Assembly (NCBI GenBank): GCA_026985095.1
Contig: JALSQW010000056.1
Location: 7,144-71,143, forward strand
Source of the DNA: Acidimicrobiia bacterium
Lineage (GTDB): Bacteria > Actinomycetota > Acidimicrobiia > Spongiisociales > UBA5794
DNA length: 64,000 nucleotides
Direction: 5' to 3'
In this document: piece after piece, positions 59,901 to 64,000 of the stretch
Numbering within the stretch: position 1 is the first letter of the stretch
Layout of the letters: every line of letters starts with the position of its first letter
The notes under the pieces: model-generated
What the model saw: only the letters and a program-made list of their open reading frames with translations
Database searches by the model: none
Told to the model about the DNA's origin: nothing
Made by a program: the position numbers and the translations under genes

Positions 59901-60494
59901 ATGCGGAAACCGCTGATGCTCGTGGCGACCCTCGTGATCGTGGCTGCCGCCTGCGCTGGTGGGACGGCGGGGGACACGCCCTCCTCGACGTCGATCGCAT
60001 CGTCGCCGGCCACCTCCACGACCGCTCCTACGCCATCGTCGACGTCGTCGACCACGGTGTCCGATGGCGATGCTCCGGCTCCCGACGGCCCGACGGCGCC
60101 GGACTTCACCCTCGCCCTCGCCGACGGTGGGACGTTCGTCCTGTCCCAGGAGCCCAAGCCCGTCTACCTGATCTTCTGGGCCGAGTGGTGAAGCATCTGT
60201 CGACGGGAGTTGCCCGTCGTCGATGCCATCGCCCCCGACTACGAGGGTGAGATCACGTTCGTGGCCATCGCCGGGAGGTCGACCCTCGACAAGACGACAC
60301 CGGCCGCCGGCGAGCTGCTCTCGAACCTGCCGTGGGGTCTCGATGATTCGATCTGGGAGCTGTACGGCATCCCCGGTCAGCCTGCTTCGGTGTTGATCAC
60401 CGGGAACGACATCGTCGTCGACGGGTGGTTCGGCGCTCTGCCCGAAGACGAGATCCGAGCCGCCCTCGATCAGCTCGTCGCCTACGGCGCCTGA
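59901..60494 (+). CDS. TlpA/thioredoxin-like lipoprotein, predicted selenoprotein (UxxC, TGA at 60189-60191)
   Basis: ORFs 59892-60191 and 60210-60494 are in the same frame; read-through gives 'APDFTL..KPVYLIFWAEW-U-SICRRELP..YGIPGQPASVLI'; lipobox 'VAAAC'. Confidence 0.85.
60193..60226 (+). promoter_or_regulatory. Putative bacterial SECIS stem-loop
   Basis: GCATC/GATGC lower stem, CGACGGG/CCCGTCG upper stem, apical loop AGTTG separated from the TGA by 16 nt. Confidence 0.7.
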
Positions 60495-61201
60495 GTCTCC
60501 ACCGCGGGGGGACGGGCCCGTCCACGCCTCGCGGCGGCGACGGCCAGTGCTCCGCCCGCGACGATCGCGGCGGCGTAGAACCAGACCGGGCCACCTCCCA
60601 GGGATGGTCGAAGCGGCTCGGTGACGAGACGAACCGCACCGGCGACGGCGATCGCGACGGCGGTCGGCATCCCGGGGATGGGCCGCCGGTAGGCCTTCCA
60701 CCACGCCAAGGCCACAGCCGCCGTCAGGTAGGCGAGCGCGGCGTACAGCTCGACGGGATGGCGGGTCACGGCGCTGCCGGGTTGCGCCCATGCCCACGGG
60801 AGGTCCGTCGCGCTTCCCAGACATGCCCCGCTCCTGAAGAGGCAACCGGCCTGCCATCCGGCCAGGCCGGCCAGGGCGGCGGCGGCGATGGCATCGGCGG
60901 CCACGACCGGTTGGCGGCGGAACGACCACAGGAACACCGCTACGGCGATGAGGCTCGCGCCCACGGTGGAGACCCCCGAGCGGACGATGATGATGTCGCC
61001 GGGGTTCGTCAGGGGATTGACGCCGTTGAGGAGCATCGTCACGATCCGTCCCCCGAAGATCCCGGCTACGGCAGCGAACAGCGCGGTGTCCCACAGGCTG
61101 CCCGCGCAGCGATCCGCGTTGCCCTCTTTGGCTTCCCACCACAGCATGGCCCACGACCCGAACGCTCCCAGGGCGGCCGCGGCGAGCAGGGTGAACTCCA
61201 T
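60482..61201 (-). CDS. Prolipoprotein diacylglyceryl transferase (Lgt)-like protein, divergent
   Basis: 'GIFGGRI', 'G.ATDLPW', 'RHPVELY', 'RLVTEPLR'; TGATG coupling to the upstream tlpA-like gene. Confidence 0.75.
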   Translation of the reverse strand: MEFTLLAAAALGAFGSWAMLWWEAKEGNADRCAGSLWDTALFAAVAGIFGGRIVTMLLNGVNPLTNPGDIIIVRSGVSTVGASLIAVAVFLWSFRRQPVVAADAIAAAALAGLAGWQAGCLFRSGACLGSATDLPWAWAQPGSAVTRHPVELYAALAYLTAAVALAWWKAYRRPIPGMPTAVAIAVAGAVRLVTEPLRPSLGGGPVWFYAAAIVAGGALAVAAARRGRARPPAVETQAP

Positions 61202-61704
61202 CAGCCCGACGCCAACAGCTCGTCGATCTGGAGCGCCAACGTGCGTTCGTCGATGACGCCGATGTGGATCTCTCGGAGGACGCCGCCGGCCTCGTAGAAG
61301 AAGGTGATGGGGATCCCCGGTCCGGCGCCGAGATCGGCGGGGATGCGTCCGTCGGGATCGGCGTAGTGCTCGATCGGCGCATCGGGGTAGAACTCGGCGA
61401 TGAAGGCCCTGGCGTTGTCCTGGCTGTCCTGGATGTTGAGGCCGACGAACCGTACCCGCCCCTCGAGGTCGGTCGCCGCGCTCGACAGGAGGGGCGCCTC
61501 GGAGCGACATGGGATGCACCACGATGCCCAGACGTTGAGCACGACGGGAAGGTCCGACGCCGTGACCAGGTCGTTCATCTCGGCGGTGGTGACGACCGGC
61601 AGCTCGGGGACGTCGTCGACGGAGACGCCCCGCGACGTGCCTCCGGCACAGGCCGCCGCCATGAGCGACACGGCGACGGCGACGACGGTGAGGCGGGTAC
61701 GCAC
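61201..61704 (-). CDS. TlpA/thioredoxin-like lipoprotein (CxxC)
   Basis: Lipobox 'MAAAC'; 'PVVLNVWASWCIPCRSEAP'; 'GIPITFF'. Confidence 0.92.
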   Translation of the reverse strand: MRTRLTVVAVAVSLMAAACAGGTSRGVSVDDVPELPVVTTAEMNDLVTASDLPVVLNVWASWCIPCRSEAPLLSSAATDLEGRVRFVGLNIQDSQDNARAFIAEFYPDAPIEHYADPDGRIPADLGAGPGIPITFFYEAGGVLREIHIGVIDERTLALQIDELLASG

Positions 61705-61730
61705 GCCGGCAGGCTACCGGAGGAGCGGAG

Positions 61731-62330
61731 TCATCGGCGGCGGTCGAGTTCTCGGAGGACCTCGGCGAGATCGACACCACGCTCGGCGATCGCGACCAGC
61801 AGGTGGTAGAGGAGATCCGCGGCCTCCTCGACGACGCGGGCGCGATCCCCTCCCCAGTCGGCGTCCTTCGACGCGATGAGGACCTCGGTCGCTTCTTCGA
61901 CGAGCTTGCGGCCGGTCGCGTCCGGCCCGCCACGGATCAGCTCGGCGGTGTAGGAGCCCTCCGGCAGCGTCTCGGCACGGTCGGAGATCGTGTCCCACAG
62001 CGCGGTGAGGCCGAGGGGCCGGGGCTCGCCGAAGCACGTGGTCGATCCCGTGTGACAGGTCGGACCTGCGGGCCGGGCGGTCACCAGCAGGGTGTCGCGG
62101 TCGCAGTCGGCGTCGATCGCCACCAGGTGGAGGGTGTTGCCGCTCGTGGCACCCTTGCGCCAGAGTTCTCGGCGGCTGCGACTCCAGAAGTGGACCATGC
62201 CGGTGTCGATGGTGGCCTCGAGCGCCTCGCGATTCATGAACCCCACCATGAGGACATGGCCGGCGATCGCGTCCTGTACCACGGCAGGTACGAGGCCATG
62301 GTCGTCCCAGTGAAGGTCGTCGCCGATCAT
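61731..62330 (-). CDS. hisIE: Bifunctional phosphoribosyl-AMP cyclohydrolase / phosphoribosyl-ATP diphosphatase
   Basis: '[16 protein letters not shown]', 'DCDRDTLL', 'TCHTG..TCF', 'EEAADLLYH'. Confidence 0.97.
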   Translation of the reverse strand: MIGDDLHWDDHGLVPAVVQDAIAGHVLMVGFMNREALEATIDTGMVHFWSRSRRELWRKGATSGNTLHLVAIDADCDRDTLLVTARPAGPTCHTGSTTCFGEPRPLGLTALWDTISDRAETLPEGSYTAELIRGGPDATGRKLVEEATEVLIASKDADWGGDRARVVEEAADLLYHLLVAIAERGVDLAEVLRELDRRR

Positions 62331-63106
62331 GGCGCCACCACCAGCGAGGGGACGCGAACCGGTAGGCCGGCCGAGGCCAGGGTCGCTTTCACCTCCGAGA
62401 TGGCGTGCTCGGACCGATGGAAGATCGACGCCGCGAGGACGGCGTCGGCGCCGCCGGCGACGAGCGCCTCGACCATGTGGTCGGCGTCGCCGGCGCCGCC
62501 GGAGGCGATGACCGGGATGTCGACCGCAGCGCGCACCCTGGCCAGCAGGTCGATGTCGTACCCGTCTTTGGTCCCGTCGCGGTCCATCGAGGTGAGGAGG
62601 ATCTCGCCGGCGCCGAGGGCGGCTCCGGCGGCGCACCAGTCGATCGCATCGATCCCGGTGGCCCGGCGCCCGCCGTGGGTGTAGACCTCCCACGATCCGG
62701 CGCCGTCGCTTCGGGCGTCGACCGCGAGGACGACGCATTGCCGTCCGAACGCGGCGGCGCATTCGACCAGCAGTCGGGGCCGCCGCACCGCGGCCGTGTT
62801 GACTGCCACCTTGTCGGCGCCGGCTCTCAGGACCGCCCGCATGTCGGCCACCGATCCGACCCCGCCGCCGACGGTGAACGGCACGGTGAGCACCGCCGCA
62901 GTCCGGTGGACGAGTTCGAGCAGCGTGCCGCGTGCTTCATGAGAGGCCGTGATGTCGAGGAAGCAGATCTCGTCGGCGCCTTCGGCCACGTACCGGGAGG
63001 CGAGCTCGATGGGGTCGCCTTCGTCGGTGAGGTCGACGAAGCGTACCCCCTTGACGACGCGGCCGTCGGCGACGTCGAGGCAGGGGATGATGCGCTTACG
63101 CAGCAT
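62327..63106 (-). CDS. hisF: Imidazole glycerol phosphate synthase cyclase subunit
   Basis: '[15 protein letters not shown]', 'PFTVGGG', '[15 protein letters not shown]', 'ASGGAG'. Confidence 0.98.
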   Translation of the reverse strand: MLRKRIIPCLDVADGRVVKGVRFVDLTDEGDPIELASRYVAEGADEICFLDITASHEARGTLLELVHRTAAVLTVPFTVGGGVGSVADMRAVLRAGADKVAVNTAAVRRPRLLVECAAAFGRQCVVLAVDARSDGAGSWEVYTHGGRRATGIDAIDWCAAGAALGAGEILLTSMDRDGTKDGYDIDLLARVRAAVDIPVIASGGAGDADHMVEALVAGGADAVLAASIFHRSEHAISEVKATLASAGLPVRVPSLVVAP

Positions 63107-63704
63107 GGGTCGCCTGCCGGCAGGCTCGGACGAAGTTCGACAGCAGACGCAAACCGGCGGTGCCGCTGCGTTCGGGGTGGAACTGCACGCCGATGCGGTT
63201 GCCCGACCGGACCGCGGCGGTGAACCGTCCACCGTGGGCGGACGTGGCGATGATTACCGCAGGATCCTCGGGGACCGGTGCGTACGAGTGAACGAAGTAG
63301 AACGGCTCGCCCGAAGGGATGCCGTCGAACAGCGGGTCGCCGCGATGATGCACGTCGTTCCACCCCATGTGGGGGAGCGGTCGGCCTGCGAGCTCACGGA
63401 CCGTGCCGGGGATGACGCCCAGGCACGAGCCGCCGTCTTCGTCCGAGGTATCGAACAGGAGTTGCAACCCGACGCAGATCCCCAGCATCGGCCCGGGCCA
63501 GGCGGCGAGGGCGCGGTCCAAGCCGCGCTCGTTGAGCCGAGCCATGGCGGTGCCGGTCGCCCCGACCCCGGGGAGGATGACGGCGTCGGTCGCCTCCAGG
63601 GCGTCGGGTGCGGCGGCCACTACCGGGTCGATGCCGAGCCGCTCCAACGCAGCGACGATCGACACGAGATTGCCGGCCCCGTGGTCGATGACCGCGATCC
63701 GCAT
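63096..63704 (-). CDS. hisH: Imidazole glycerol phosphate synthase glutaminase subunit
   Basis: 'ILPGVG', 'LGICVGLQ', 'PHMGWN', 'YFVHSY', 'QFHPERS'. Confidence 0.97.
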   Translation of the reverse strand: MRIAVIDHGAGNLVSIVAALERLGIDPVVAAAPDALEATDAVILPGVGATGTAMARLNERGLDRALAAWPGPMLGICVGLQLLFDTSDEDGGSCLGVIPGTVRELAGRPLPHMGWNDVHHRGDPLFDGIPSGEPFYFVHSYAPVPEDPAVIIATSAHGGRFTAAVRSGNRIGVQFHPERSGTAGLRLLSNFVRACRQATHAA

Positions 63705-64000
63705 CACAGTGTGCCCTTCGTCGAGGGGATCCCGGTCCGCCGGGGGTCGGGTTCAACGGCCATCCGCAGCGCGCGGGCGAGGGCTTTGAAGGCCGCCTCG
63801 GCGAGATGATGGTCGTTCCGGCCCGTCGCGGTCAGGTGGATGGTCATGCGGGCGCTGCGGGCGAACGCTTCGAGGGCATGGGGGATCATCTGGGTACCGA
63901 GGGTGCCGATGGCCGGCGTCAGGAACGGGAGCGACACGACGGCGTAGGAGCGTCCTCCGGCATCGACGGCGGCGGTGGCGAGGGCTTCATCCATGGGCAC
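63704..64000 (-). CDS. hisB: Imidazoleglycerol-phosphate dehydratase, 5'-truncated by the window edge
   Basis: 'PMDEAL', 'GRNDHHLAEAAFKA', 'IPSTKGTL'. Confidence 0.95.
   Translation of the reverse strand: MPMDEALATAAVDAGGRSYAVVSLPFLTPAIGTLGTQMIPHALEAFARSARMTIHLTATGRNDHHLAEAAFKALARALRMAVEPDPRRTGIPSTKGTL

Noticed and set aside
59892..60494. Two separate small genes or a nonsense pseudogene
   Set aside because: The TGA falls exactly on the catalytic Cys position and is followed by a SECIS-like hairpin, so read-through is the better explanation pending the sel gene check.

Overview
High-GC bacterial chromosome segment, most consistent with an actinobacterium (WhiB, F420-dependent LLM oxidoreductase, Nif3/zinc-ribbon pair, Thr-rich 'AAAC' lipoproteins). 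An Acidimicrobiia-like placement is inferred, not tested. It is a dense housekeeping/accessory mix: ppc, a P-type ATPase, an LCP/glycosyl-phosphotransferase pair, tRNA-Val(TAC), a dpp/opp-type ABC operon, an ExeM/NucH nuclease, a Flp pilin, msrA, a Zn-type ABC locus with a Fur/Zur regulator, rnpB, a sulfide:quinone oxidoreductase-TusE/DsrC-DsrE sulfur operon, trpD and the distal his operon. No CRISPR array, integrase, transposase or prophage is visible. Most notable observations: (1) a candidate selenoprotein that the ORF track splits in two, a TlpA/thioredoxin-like lipoprotein with an in-frame TGA at the first Cys position (WAEW-U-SIC) followed by a SECIS-like hairpin, lying tail-to-tail with a Cys paralog and a divergent Lgt-like gene; (2) an apparently circularly permuted family-5 peptide-binding protein; (3) a sulfur operon led by an HTH-PocR regulator with 9-bp-phased direct repeats at its 5' end; (4) an unknown protein carrying an internal ParB-like 'RRGGLGRGLxxLIP' peptide; (5) a probable CUG-initiated gene; (6) a flippase-like/phosphoglycosyl-transferase fusion; (7) a truncated, frameshifted gene remnant abutting tRNA-Val. 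All family calls come from motif recognition by eye; no database search was run.
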